DNA of 32,000 nucleotides, from the NCBI RefSeq assembly GCF_001462395.1, contig NZ_LNTB01000001.1, forward strand, positions 1,260,001 to 1,292,000, in the 5' to 3' direction. The translations under genes and the position numbers were made by a program. The notes beneath the pieces were generated by a model. That model saw nothing but the letters and a program-made list of their open reading frames with translations. It was not told where the DNA came from and searched no databases. Source of the DNA: Pyrodictium occultum (GTDB taxonomy: Archaea; Thermoproteota; Thermoprotei_A; Sulfolobales; Pyrodictiaceae). Shown here in pieces: positions 18,417 through 25,974 of the stretch. Position 1 is the stretch's first letter. Each line of letters starts with the position of its first letter.

Positions 18417-19699
18417 ACTGGGCCGGGTGCCGCCGCGTCCCCCTCCCAAGCGCCCCGGAGCCCCGCCGGCTGGCGGTGTGGGCGGAGGAGCGCTACGGCT
18501 ATGTCGCGCTGCTCGAGAGCGGCGCGGGGCCGGGGGAGAAGGCCCGCTACACCCTGGTGGCCTACGGGGCCCGCCGGGTGGTGGAGGGCAGCCCCCTGGA
18601 GGCCTACGCCAGGCTCCGCGAGGCAGCCGCGGGCAGGGGCTGCGCCAGCATCCCCTGCAGGAGCATGCTCTTCGGCGTGGTCGGCTACGAGGCGGTGGCC
18701 GGGGCGGAGCCCTGGCTGGCCCCGATGCTGGGCCGCCACGAGTGGCCGGCGCTCCTAGTCTTCGAGCCCGAGACCCTCGTGGTCTACGACCACGCCAGGG
18801 GCCACGCCACGCTCTGCCCCGGGGACGCCGAGGCCGGGGAGAAGCCTCTCGGCGGCTGGAGCCCGGCCAGGGGCCCCGTGGAGGAGACGCCCCGCAGGCT
18901 CTTCGAGCAGTGGGTGGCAGAGGCCAGGGAGATGCTTGAGAGGGGCGAGTTCCTACAAGTAGTGCTCTCGAGATTCGAGCGCTACGAGTACCAGGGCGAG
19001 CCGCTGGCGCTCTACGCCAGGCTGGCGGACCGGAACCCCTCCCCCTACATGTTCTACATGAGGCTGGGGGAGAGGTGGATAGCCGGCTCCAGCCCCGAGC
19101 TGCTCGTCAGGATGGACGGGGGGAGGCTGGAGACGCACCCTATAGCCGGGACCCGGCCCCGCGGCAGGACGCCGGAGGAGGACCTGGCCCTCGAGGAGGA
19201 GCTGCTGGGCGACGAGAAGGAGAGGGCGGAGCACCTCATGCTCGTCGACCTCGCCAGGAACGACCTGGGCCGGGTAGCGTTGCCCGGCACGGTGAGAGTG
19301 ACGAGGCTCATGGACGTGGAGAAGTACAGCGCGGTCCAGCATATCGTGAGCAGGGTGGAGGCTGTGGCCCGGCCCGGGCTGGGCTACGCCGACGTCCTGG
19401 CAGCGGTCAACCCCGCCGGCACGGTGTCCGGCGCCCCGAAGCCGAGGGCAATGGAGACCATAGCTAGGCTCGAGGACAGGCCCCGCGGCCCCTACGCCGG
19501 CGCCGTCGGGGTCTACTCGGACCAGGCGGGCGAGACAGCCATAGTGATAAGGAGCGTCTGGAGCATAGACGACTCCACGCTGGAGACTAGGGCGGGCGCG
19601 GGGATAGTCTACGACTCCAGGCCCGAGAGAGAGTACATGGAGACCGTACACAAGCTTGCCGCGATCCACCGGGCCCTGGGAGCCGGCGGCGGGAGGTGA
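18407..19699 (+). CDS. trpE: Anthranilate synthase component I
   Basis: The ATG at 18407 overlaps the trpF end by 10 nt. Motifs seen: NPSPYMFYM, SSPELLV, HPIAGTRPRG, EHLMLVDLARNDLGRV, PAGTVSGAPK, RGPYAGAVG. The track start at 18245 is an Arg/Gly-rich artefact. Confidence 0.93.
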   Translation: MQLDWAGCRRVPLPSAPEPRRLAVWAEERYGYVALLESGAGPGEKARYTLVAYGARRVVEGSPLEAYARLREAAAGRGCASIPCRSMLFGVVGYEAVAGAEPWLAPMLGRHEWPALLVFEPETLVVYDHARGHATLCPGDAEAGEKPLGGWSPARGPVEETPRRLFEQWVAEAREMLERGEFLQVVLSRFERYEYQGEPLALYARLADRNPSPYMFYMRLGERWIAGSSPELLVRMDGGRLETHPIAGTRPRGRTPEEDLALEEELLGDEKERAEHLMLVDLARNDLGRVALPGTVRVTRLMDVEKYSAVQHIVSRVEAVARPGLGYADVLAAVNPAGTVSGAPKPRAMETIARLEDRPRGPYAGAVGVYSDQAGETAIVIRSVWSIDDSTLETRAGAGIVYDSRPEREYMETVHKLAAIHRALGAGGGR

Positions 19700-19705
19700 G
19701 CAGGA

Positions 19706-20296
19706 ACGGCCTACGACACCCTAGTCCTCATAATAGACAACTACGACAGCTTCGTCTACAACCTGGTGAACGTGCTCGCGGAGCTCGGGGCCAGGAGCAT
19801 AGTCGTGAGGAACGACGAGATAACCGTGTCGGGGATAGAGAGGATAAACCCGGACAGGATAATAGTCTCGCCGGGCCCCGGCAGCCCCCTCTCCGCCCGC
19901 GATGTAGGCGTGTCCGTGGAGGCCGTGAAGAGGCTCGGCCCCAGGATCCCGGTGCTAGGCGTCTGCCTAGGCCACCAGGTGGTGGGCGTAGCCTACGGCG
20001 CCAAGGTGAGGCGCGCCCGGAGGATAATGCACGGGAAGACGGACGAGATAGAGCACTACGGCGGCAGCCTCTACCGCGGGGTGCCCAGGGTGTTCACCGC
20101 CGCCAGGTACCACAGCCTCGTGCTGGACGAGATCCCCCCAGTGCTGGAGGTCACGGCAAGGAGCAGGAGCGACGGCGAGGTAATGGGGGTCCGGCACCGG
20201 GAGCACCCAGTCCACGGGGTCCAGTTCCACCCGGAGAGCATAGCAACCCCCCACGGCCCCAGGCTGCTCCGCAACTTCCTCGACGACCCGTGGTAG
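19706..20296 (+). CDS. trpG: Anthranilate synthase component II (glutamine amidotransferase); the start codon is anomalous
   Basis: GVCLGHQ (catalytic Cys) and FHPES are present. The conserved N-terminal strand LVLIIDNYDSFVYNL is encoded at 19721-19765, upstream of the first canonical start (GTG 19766). The only plausible initiator is ACG at 19706, 6 nt after a perfect GGAGGTGA. See findings. Confidence 0.8.
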   Translation, partial: TAYDTLVLIIDNYDSFVYNLVNVLAELGARSIVVRNDEITVSGIERINPDRIIVSPGPGSPLSARDVGVSVEAVKRLGPRIPVLGVCLGHQVVGVAYGAKVRRARRIMHGKTDEIEHYGGSLYRGVPRVFTAARYHSLVLDEIPPVLEVTARSRSDGEVMGVRHREHPVHGVQFHPESIATPHGPRLLRNFLDDPW

Positions 20297-20330
20297 AGGC
20301 GCCGGTGCAGGGAAGGAGGCAGGGGCGGCC

Positions 20331-21107
20331 TTGGGGGAGGGGCGTCCTGGAGGCTTCCTGGGGGAGGCTCTCGGGAGGAGCCTGGAGCGCTCCAGGCTGC
20401 TGGGCTCTCCACCGCGGCCCGGCAGCCTCCGCGGCGCGGTGGAGAAGGCCCTCTCCGAGGGGAGGCCCGGGCTGCTGATAGAGTACAAGCGGTGCAGCCC
20501 CGGGGGCTTCGTGGCCTGGCGCACCCCCTGGGAGTACCTGGAGGCCACGCTAAGCGTGGCAGACGCCTACTCGGTGCTGGTGGAGCCCTACTGGTTCTGC
20601 GGCAGCCCCGAGCTGGTGGCCTTCTTCGCCCGCCACCGCCCCGTGCTGGCTAAGGACTTCGCCTCCACCGCCGAGCAGCTCCAGCTGTACCGCCGCCACG
20701 GGGCCTCGGCGGCCCTCCTGATACTGGACATGCTGGGGTGGAGGCGGCTGGACGCGCTCTACCAGGAGGCGAGGAGCCTCGGCCTGGAAGCCCTAATAGA
20801 GACCACGAGCGCGGGCCCGGCGGTGGAGGCGATGAATAGCTACCCCGAGGCCCTGGTGGGGATAAACGCGAGGAACCTGGAGACGCTGGAGGTCAGCTAC
20901 CGGAGGCTCCTAGAGGAGATCGCCCGGGCCGCCGAGAGGAAGCCGAGCAGGGCTCTCCTAGTGGCGGAGAGCAGCATAGACAGCCCCGGGAAGGCCCTGG
21001 AGCTCGCCCGGGCGGGCGCTGACGCGCTCCTCATAGGCACATGGGCCATGAAGAGCCCAGGGGGGCTGGCGGGGCTCCGGGATAGGCTCCGGGGCTCCAG
21101 GAGCTAG
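20331..21107 (+). CDS. trpC: Indole-3-glycerol phosphate synthase
   Basis: TTG start. Motifs seen: LLIEYKRCSPGG (the E-x-K-x-x-SPS-like motif), LVGINARNLETLEV, LVAESSI. Confidence 0.87.
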   Translation: MGEGRPGGFLGEALGRSLERSRLLGSPPRPGSLRGAVEKALSEGRPGLLIEYKRCSPGGFVAWRTPWEYLEATLSVADAYSVLVEPYWFCGSPELVAFFARHRPVLAKDFASTAEQLQLYRRHGASAALLILDMLGWRRLDALYQEARSLGLEALIETTSAGPAVEAMNSYPEALVGINARNLETLEVSYRRLLEEIARAAERKPSRALLVAESSIDSPGKALELARAGADALLIGTWAMKSPGGLAGLRDRLRGSRS

Positions 21108-22330
21108 GGCTTCTTTAGGAGTATCAGCCTGTTAGCCTTCCCCTCCTTAACTATCCTTATGTACCCCATCGCTGCGAGCCTCCGGACGTGCCTCCAGAGC
21201 GTGGTCTTCGGAATCCCGGTCTCCCGGAGCAGCTGGCTCTGGAGCACAGAGCCCCCATGCTCCTCCAGCTTACTGAGGATAAGCAGGTCCACCTCATCCA
21301 GGCCTGTGGATGATATGGGGGCCGCGGCGTTAGAGGGGACGCCGCCCCCGCCGCCAAAAACTCCCCCACGGCGGGCGAGAGCCAGGCCGGCAGCCACGGC
21401 TACCACCAGCACAGCTGCAACTCCTCCTATCAGCGCGGTGCTGGGCCCCTTAGAGCCAGCGGCGGGCGGTGGGCTCGAAGGCCTCCCGGTGGTTGTCGCC
21501 GGCCTCATGGTTGTGGAGAGCCGCGTGGTCGCTAGAGCAGTCGACGTAGTTGCAGGGGCTACGGGCGCTGCCGGGGTAGTGGTGCTTGTTGCAGTTGCCG
21601 TCCTAGCTGTCGTGCTGGCTGTTGTGGTACTCGTGGCTTTAGTCGCCCTTGTTACACTTGTTCTTGTTGTTGTAGTTGTGCCTCCAGGCTTAGCAGCAGC
21701 CTTGGTAGTAGTAGTGGTAGTAGTGAAGGTGGTAGCGGTAGTCTTTGAAGTCTTTGACGCGGGGGTACTTGTAGTCGCAGCGGCCCCGGTCTTAGTCTTT
21801 GCCGTGGCGGTCGGCGGCGTCTGGGGCGCGAGCACGTACCGGATGGTGGCGGGGCCCCTCAGGTACAGCACCACCGTGTTGTTCACTGTTGTGGCGTTCA
21901 CCAGGCCCTCGGGGAGGCTGAGCAGCACTACGCCCGGGCTGACCCTCAGCTCCACCAGGCCGGTGTAGTTCACCAGGAACTGGAGCACACCATTCTGCTC
22001 GGTGACGTTGCCCAGGTAGTCTATGTACACGCTCCCCCTCCCCGAGGCGGCCACGTAGATCTTGCCGCCGCTGTAGATAGCGGAGACGAGGCTCCCGCCG
22101 AGCCTAGCCTCTATCGTGGCGGGTATCGCTGGTACCGGGGCAGGGTACTCGTTCATCCCCGGCTCCGCGGTGCCCCATATCTCCACCACGACGGTCCCGT
22201 CGTCCCGTATAGTGACCACTGGCGTCTTGGAGAGCTCCGCGTGCGCGGCGGCGGAGAAGGCGAGCAGCAGCATGGCCGCCGGCAGCGCTATGCAGAGCAA
22301 CACCCGGCTCATCGCTTCTCCTCCCTCCAT
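21104..22330 (-). CDS. Membrane-tethered winged-helix protein: signal peptide, ~135-aa beta-rich ectodomain, ~130-aa Thr-rich stalk, one TM helix, C-terminal cytoplasmic wHTH
   Basis: Signal peptide MSRVLLCIALPAAMLLLAFSAAAHA|E. The Thr/Ala/Pro-rich low-complexity region spans aa ~169-297 (21440-21826). The TM helix ALIGGVAAVLVVAVAAGLALA is followed by RRGG. The C-terminal DLLILSKLEEHGGSVLQSQLLRETGIPKTTLWRHVRRLAAMGYIRIVKEGKANRLIL has a MarR/TrmB-like wHTH pattern. The start is 22330 or the Met at 22312. Confidence 0.8.
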   Translation of the reverse strand: MEGGEAMSRVLLCIALPAAMLLLAFSAAAHAELSKTPVVTIRDDGTVVVEIWGTAEPGMNEYPAPVPAIPATIEARLGGSLVSAIYSGGKIYVAASGRGSVYIDYLGNVTEQNGVLQFLVNYTGLVELRVSPGVVLLSLPEGLVNATTVNNTVVLYLRGPATIRYVLAPQTPPTATAKTKTGAAATTSTPASKTSKTTATTFTTTTTTTKAAAKPGGTTTTTRTSVTRATKATSTTTASTTARTATATSTTTPAAPVAPATTSTALATTRLSTTMRPATTTGRPSSPPPAAGSKGPSTALIGGVAAVLVVAVAAGLALARRGGVFGGGGGVPSNAAAPISSTGLDEVDLLILSKLEEHGGSVLQSQLLRETGIPKTTLWRHVRRLAAMGYIRIVKEGKANRLILLKKP

Positions 22331-22413
22331 GAGACTCTAGGCGGCTCATAGCTGTCATGATGCGGCGCGGGTATTAGCTTCTTGCGGCCCTCTCCCCGGA
22401 GCGGGTACTCCCA

Positions 22414-22432
22414 GGAACAACTGGTTTGTTCC
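22414..22432. promoter_or_regulatory. Inverted repeat GGAACAA-ctggt-TTGTTCC in the divergent intergenic region (candidate operator)
   Basis: Perfect 7-bp arms with a 5-nt spacer, located between the wHTH gene (start 22330/22312) and the coiled-coil gene (ATG 22529). A degenerate copy, GGGACAAC-AG-TTTCCC, follows at 22442-22457. Confidence 0.35.
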
Positions 22433-22528
22433 ACCGCTTACGGGACAACAGTTTCCCGCACACGTTCCAGCATCCCCCTTATGAGGACCCGAGGACACCA
22501 GGGGACCCAGGCGGACAGGGTGAGGCGG

Positions 22529-24685
22529 ATGCAGGCACGCGCCCATAGAACCGGGCTCCTAGGAGCAGCCGCGCTGAGCGTACTGGCCCTACTGCTAGCA
22601 GCCACTCTATCACCGCTGCTAGCCCCGGTCGCCCTGGCGGAGAACGGCCCAGCAGGAAACAACACCAATACCACTACAACCAATACCACTAATAGTAACG
22701 TGGCTGCAACGGCAAGCACCAGCGGCAACACCACGGCAGCCGCTACGAACACCACCGCCGGCGCGCAGCTTAGCCCCGGCGCGGTGCGCGCCCTGCTGCT
22801 AGCCTACAGCGCTATGATACGCAGCACCCTGGCCAGGATGGGCCTGCTCAACGCCACCCCTGCAGAGATAGCGGCCGCCCTGAACGTCTCGCTAGAGACC
22901 GCTGAGACGCTGAAGGAGGCGCTCAACCTGCCCAGAACCCTCGGCAACATGACCAGTCAGCAGGCCGCTGAGCTGCTCCAGAAGGTGGCCTCAGCCTACC
23001 GGGCGCTGGCCAAGAAGATGGTGGAGGCCAACCTCCACGCGGCCGAAGAGGCTAGGGAGAGGATACAGAGGCAGATGCAGCGACACCTACTGCTACGCAT
23101 ATCCCATACCGTGGAGCAGCTCGCGAGGCAGCTCAACGACACCCAGCTCGCTGCCCTGGCCCAGCAGCTCCGCAGCATGGCGCTCAGTGGCAACTACACC
23201 CGGGAGAACTTAACCAGTATAATGTCGAGCGTGGTGGCCCGGATAGAGGCGGCGAAGATATTCATGATGGCCACCACTATAGACAACGCCACCATAGCGC
23301 AGCTGGTCGAGGCAGCCGAGGCTGGCAATGCCACGAGCCTCCAGGATTACCTGGCCAGGCTCAACAAGAGCTTCGCCAAATCCCTCCACCTAGTGAAGAC
23401 GCTGTCGAAGAGGCTGCGCGCAGCCAACGAGACAGAAGTCGGTGAAGCCCTTGAGGAGGCCCTCGAGAGGCTCGAGGATGCCAACGAGACGGTGGGCCAT
23501 GTAGCGCTGGCGGCTAGCATAGCGGCAGGCGGCAACGCCACCGCAAACGCTACCGCTGTTATAAAGGGTGCGGTTGCCGCAGCCTTCCAGGCCAGGATAG
23601 AGAAGCTCGAGACAAAGATAAGCATACTCATGGAGGAGGCCAGCCTCCTAGAGAACGCTACCAACAACACCATTGTGCAGGAGCTGGTGAAGGCAGCTAA
23701 GGACGCGTTGGCGAAGGCATCACGCCTCATAAACGAGTCCAGGGCGGCGCTCGAGAAGGGCGAGATACCTATAGCGGCAAAGGACCTGGGGATGGCGTCC
23801 AGCCTCGTGGCCAAGGCGGGCATCTACCTGGCAAGGGCCAACATAGCCATAGCGCTCGGTGGCCGCCTCCACGGCCACCTGGGCGTCGGCAAGCAGGGCC
23901 CGGCCAAGCACGCTGCCCCGCCAGGCCTCTCCAAGGCGCTGGAGAGGCTGCAGAGGGCAGTGCAGGAGAGGATAGCGGAGGCGAGTAGGGCTATAAACAA
24001 GACCATGGAGGCCGTCCAGGGGATAAACAACACCAAGATAAAGGAGAAGGCTATGGAGAAGCTGGAGGAGGCAAGAGAGAAGCTGGAAGAGGCCATAGAC
24101 CTGGCCAAGGAAGCCCAGGAGAAGCTGGCGGAGGGCAGCACGGCTGCCGCCTTCCAGCTCTACCAGAAGGCCCTGGTAAAGATAGGGCAGGCTCTCAATG
24201 ATGTCAGAGTAGCCTCGTGGCTAGCCAGCCTCGGCAAGGGCTTCCGGCCGCCGATACCCCGCCTCCCTCACGAGCATGAGAAGCACGGCGGCTGGATAAA
24301 GCCCGGCGAGGCGAATGTGACCGGCAACATAACCGAGGATATCGACGAGCTGCTCGGCGAGGCCAAGGAGCTGGGCCAGGAGCTAGCCCAGCTCCGGAAC
24401 GAGACCAGCGCCAACCCGGCAGCCGCCGCCCTGGTCCACAGGGCCTCTTCGATGCTCCAGAGCGCTGTAGCGCTCCTGCTACAGGCTAAGGAGCTGGCTA
24501 AGAAGGGGCAGACACAGCCGGCCAAGGCCCTCATAAACGTAGCTAAGAACATGCTGGAGAAGGTTGAGCACACACTGAAGATGCTCGAGGAGAAGCTGAA
24601 GCATGGCGAGCATGGGGGCGGCGGGCAGAGGGGCCACGGCGAGCATGGCGAGCATGGAGGCCGCGGCAGGGGCGGCCACGGGTAA
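22529..24685 (+). CDS. Secreted, heavily sequon-decorated alpha-helical coiled-coil protein with a C-terminal His/Gly-rich tail
   Basis: The ATG at 22529 is preceded by GGTGA. Signal peptide MQARAHRTGLLGAAALSVLALLLAATLSPLLAPVALA|EN, then an Asn/Thr-rich block, then ~650 aa of Ala/Leu/Glu/Lys-rich heptad-like sequence. I counted 26 N-x-S/T sequons by eye. There is no C-terminal TM helix. The tail reads KHGEHGGGGQRGHGEHGEHGGRGRGGHG. An alternative ATG is at 22481. Confidence 0.8.
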   Translation: MQARAHRTGLLGAAALSVLALLLAATLSPLLAPVALAENGPAGNNTNTTTTNTTNSNVAATASTSGNTTAAATNTTAGAQLSPGAVRALLLAYSAMIRSTLARMGLLNATPAEIAAALNVSLETAETLKEALNLPRTLGNMTSQQAAELLQKVASAYRALAKKMVEANLHAAEEARERIQRQMQRHLLLRISHTVEQLARQLNDTQLAALAQQLRSMALSGNYTRENLTSIMSSVVARIEAAKIFMMATTIDNATIAQLVEAAEAGNATSLQDYLARLNKSFAKSLHLVKTLSKRLRAANETEVGEALEEALERLEDANETVGHVALAASIAAGGNATANATAVIKGAVAAAFQARIEKLETKISILMEEASLLENATNNTIVQELVKAAKDALAKASRLINESRAALEKGEIPIAAKDLGMASSLVAKAGIYLARANIAIALGGRLHGHLGVGKQGPAKHAAPPGLSKALERLQRAVQERIAEASRAINKTMEAVQGINNTKIKEKAMEKLEEAREKLEEAIDLAKEAQEKLAEGSTAAAFQLYQKALVKIGQALNDVRVASWLASLGKGFRPPIPRLPHEHEKHGGWIKPGEANVTGNITEDIDELLGEAKELGQELAQLRNETSANPAAAALVHRASSMLQSAVALLLQAKELAKKGQTQPAKALINVAKNMLEKVEHTLKMLEEKLKHGEHGGGGQRGHGEHGEHGGRGRGGHG

Positions 24686-24732
24686 CCCGGAGAGAGGCCG
24701 TCGCTAAGACGCATCCGGCCCATGGGGCTACG

Positions 24733-24742
24733 TTTTTCCCTC
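24733..24742 (+). terminator. Oligo-T terminator candidate (TTTTTCCCTC)
   Basis: A T5 run lies 48 nt after the stop at 24685. It is the same 10-mer as at 3123-3132. Confidence 0.5.
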
Positions 24743-24847
24743 TCCTCCCACCCCTCTTCCTCGGCGGCCCACGCACACTAGGAGGCCCGGCTCCAGGATC
24801 TCCCGCAGTAGTACAGCCCCGGGCCCCTCGGAGGAGGCTTCCACGTC

Positions 24848-25699
24848 TTGAGGCGCTGTAGCCCCTCGACCAGGCTCTACGGGCTTATAGGCAGCCCAGT
24901 CTCCCATAGCCTGAGCCCCGCCATACACTGCGAGGTCTACCGCCGAGCGGGTGTAGACGCTGTCTACCTGGCCTGGGAGACTCCGCTGGAGAGGCTGGAG
25001 GAGAGGCTGGAGGCGCTGAGAAGCCTCGCCCACGGCTTCAACGTAACCACACCCCTCAAGGAGGCCGTCCTCAGCCTCCTCGACCGCGTGGAGGCCGAGG
25101 CCGCGGAGATAGGGGCCGTGAACACGGTGAGGAACGAGGACGGGGAGCTAGTAGGCTACAACACCGACTACCTCGGCGTGGCCGAGTGCCTCAGGGGCAG
25201 CCGGCCGCGAGTAGCACTGGTCATAGGCGCGGGTGGCGCGGCTAGGGCAGCCGTCTATGCGCTCTACCGGCTAGGCGCGGAGAAGGTCTACATAGCTAAC
25301 AGGGGGGCAGAGAGGGCTAGGAGGCTCGCAGGGTGGGCCGGCCGCCTCGGCCTAGACGCCACCCCCACCCCCCTGGAGGAGGCGGCGGTGCCCGCAGCCC
25401 ACGCGGACACAGTGGTGAACGCAACCCCGCTGGGCAGCCTGGCCTGCTGCCCTGACCAGGCCCCGCCCGTGCTGGAGGGGCTCCGCGAGGGCCAGCTAGT
25501 CTTCGACATGGTTTACCGGCCTCTGGAGACCCGGCTGCTCCGGGCGGCGAGGGAGCGCGGGGCCAGGACCGTTGACGGGCTCTGCATGCTCGTCTGGCAG
25601 GCCCTCCACGCGGACAGAATATGGCTAGGCATAGAGCCCACCCGGGAGCTCTACGAGACAGCCAGAAAGGCCGCGCTGGAGGCGCTGGCGAGCAGCTAG
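24848..25699 (+). CDS. aroE: Shikimate 5-dehydrogenase
   Basis: TTG start. Motifs seen: LYGLIGSPVSHSLSPAIH, GFNVTTPLKEAV, GAVNTV, YNTDYLG, VIGAGGAARA. Confidence 0.9.
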   Translation: MRRCSPSTRLYGLIGSPVSHSLSPAIHCEVYRRAGVDAVYLAWETPLERLEERLEALRSLAHGFNVTTPLKEAVLSLLDRVEAEAAEIGAVNTVRNEDGELVGYNTDYLGVAECLRGSRPRVALVIGAGGAARAAVYALYRLGAEKVYIANRGAERARRLAGWAGRLGLDATPTPLEEAAVPAAHADTVVNATPLGSLACCPDQAPPVLEGLREGQLVFDMVYRPLETRLLRAARERGARTVDGLCMLVWQALHADRIWLGIEPTRELYETARKAALEALASS

Positions 25700-25974
25700 A
25701 CCGGGAGGAGCATCACCCTCTCCACTCCCCGGATCCTCCTCAGCTCCTCCATGAGGGGCCTCAGCTCAGTGGCCGATGCAGCAGCCACGGCTATATTGAT
25801 GCAGTGCTTCTCGTCGAGAAGCTGGTGGTGGAACGATCGGACCAGGTGAAGGTAGCGGTGGATCACCCCTATCACTCTGCGCTCGGCTGAAGTCTCCTCG
25901 TGGCATACAACGGTTGCTATTATCCATGCCCTCTTCCCCTCGAGGCTATTAGATGCCTCAAACTGTTCTATCAT
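25696..25974 (-). CDS. nikR: NikR C-terminal metal-binding (ACT-like) domain, lacking its DNA-binding domain as annotated
   Basis: [12 protein letters not shown]...[54 protein letters not shown] aligns by eye with E. coli NikR residues ~55-130 (...HVHINHDDCLEIAVLKG...GVRHG). Confidence 0.65.
   Translation of the reverse strand: MIEQFEASNSLEGKRAWIIATVVCHEETSAERRVIGVIHRYLHLVRSFHHQLLDEKHCINIAVAAASATELRPLMEELRRIRGVERVMLLPV

Noticed and set aside
19697-19699. The TGA between trpE and trpG as a selenocysteine codon.
   Set aside because: Crenarchaeota are not known to use Sec. I noticed no SECIS-like structure, and a Sec at a domain junction has no functional rationale.
19696-20478. 260-aa ORF starting at the GTG at 19696, right at the trpE stop. 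I considered it as the real trpG start displaced by a frameshift.
   Set aside because: Its translation (MSRNGLRHPSPHNRQLRQ...) is Arg/Pro-rich nonsense. The TrpG motifs are all in the frame of 19700-20296 from the very first codon after the TGA, so no internal frameshift is needed to explain the data.
21159-21968. 269-aa plus-strand ORF with long Val-rich runs.
   Set aside because: It is the mirror image of the Thr-rich (ACN) stalk region of the minus-strand gene, so GTN/NGT codons on the opposite strand give poly-Val. It is an antisense artefact.
25824-25832. A 9-nt match (GGTGGTGGA) to the tRNA-Ala 3' end region (28653-28661), considered as a possible att repeat delimiting an integrated element.
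   Set aside because: It is too short, it is not extended by flanking identity, and it lies inside the NikR_C coding frame. A match of this length to some part of the tRNA is plausible by chance.
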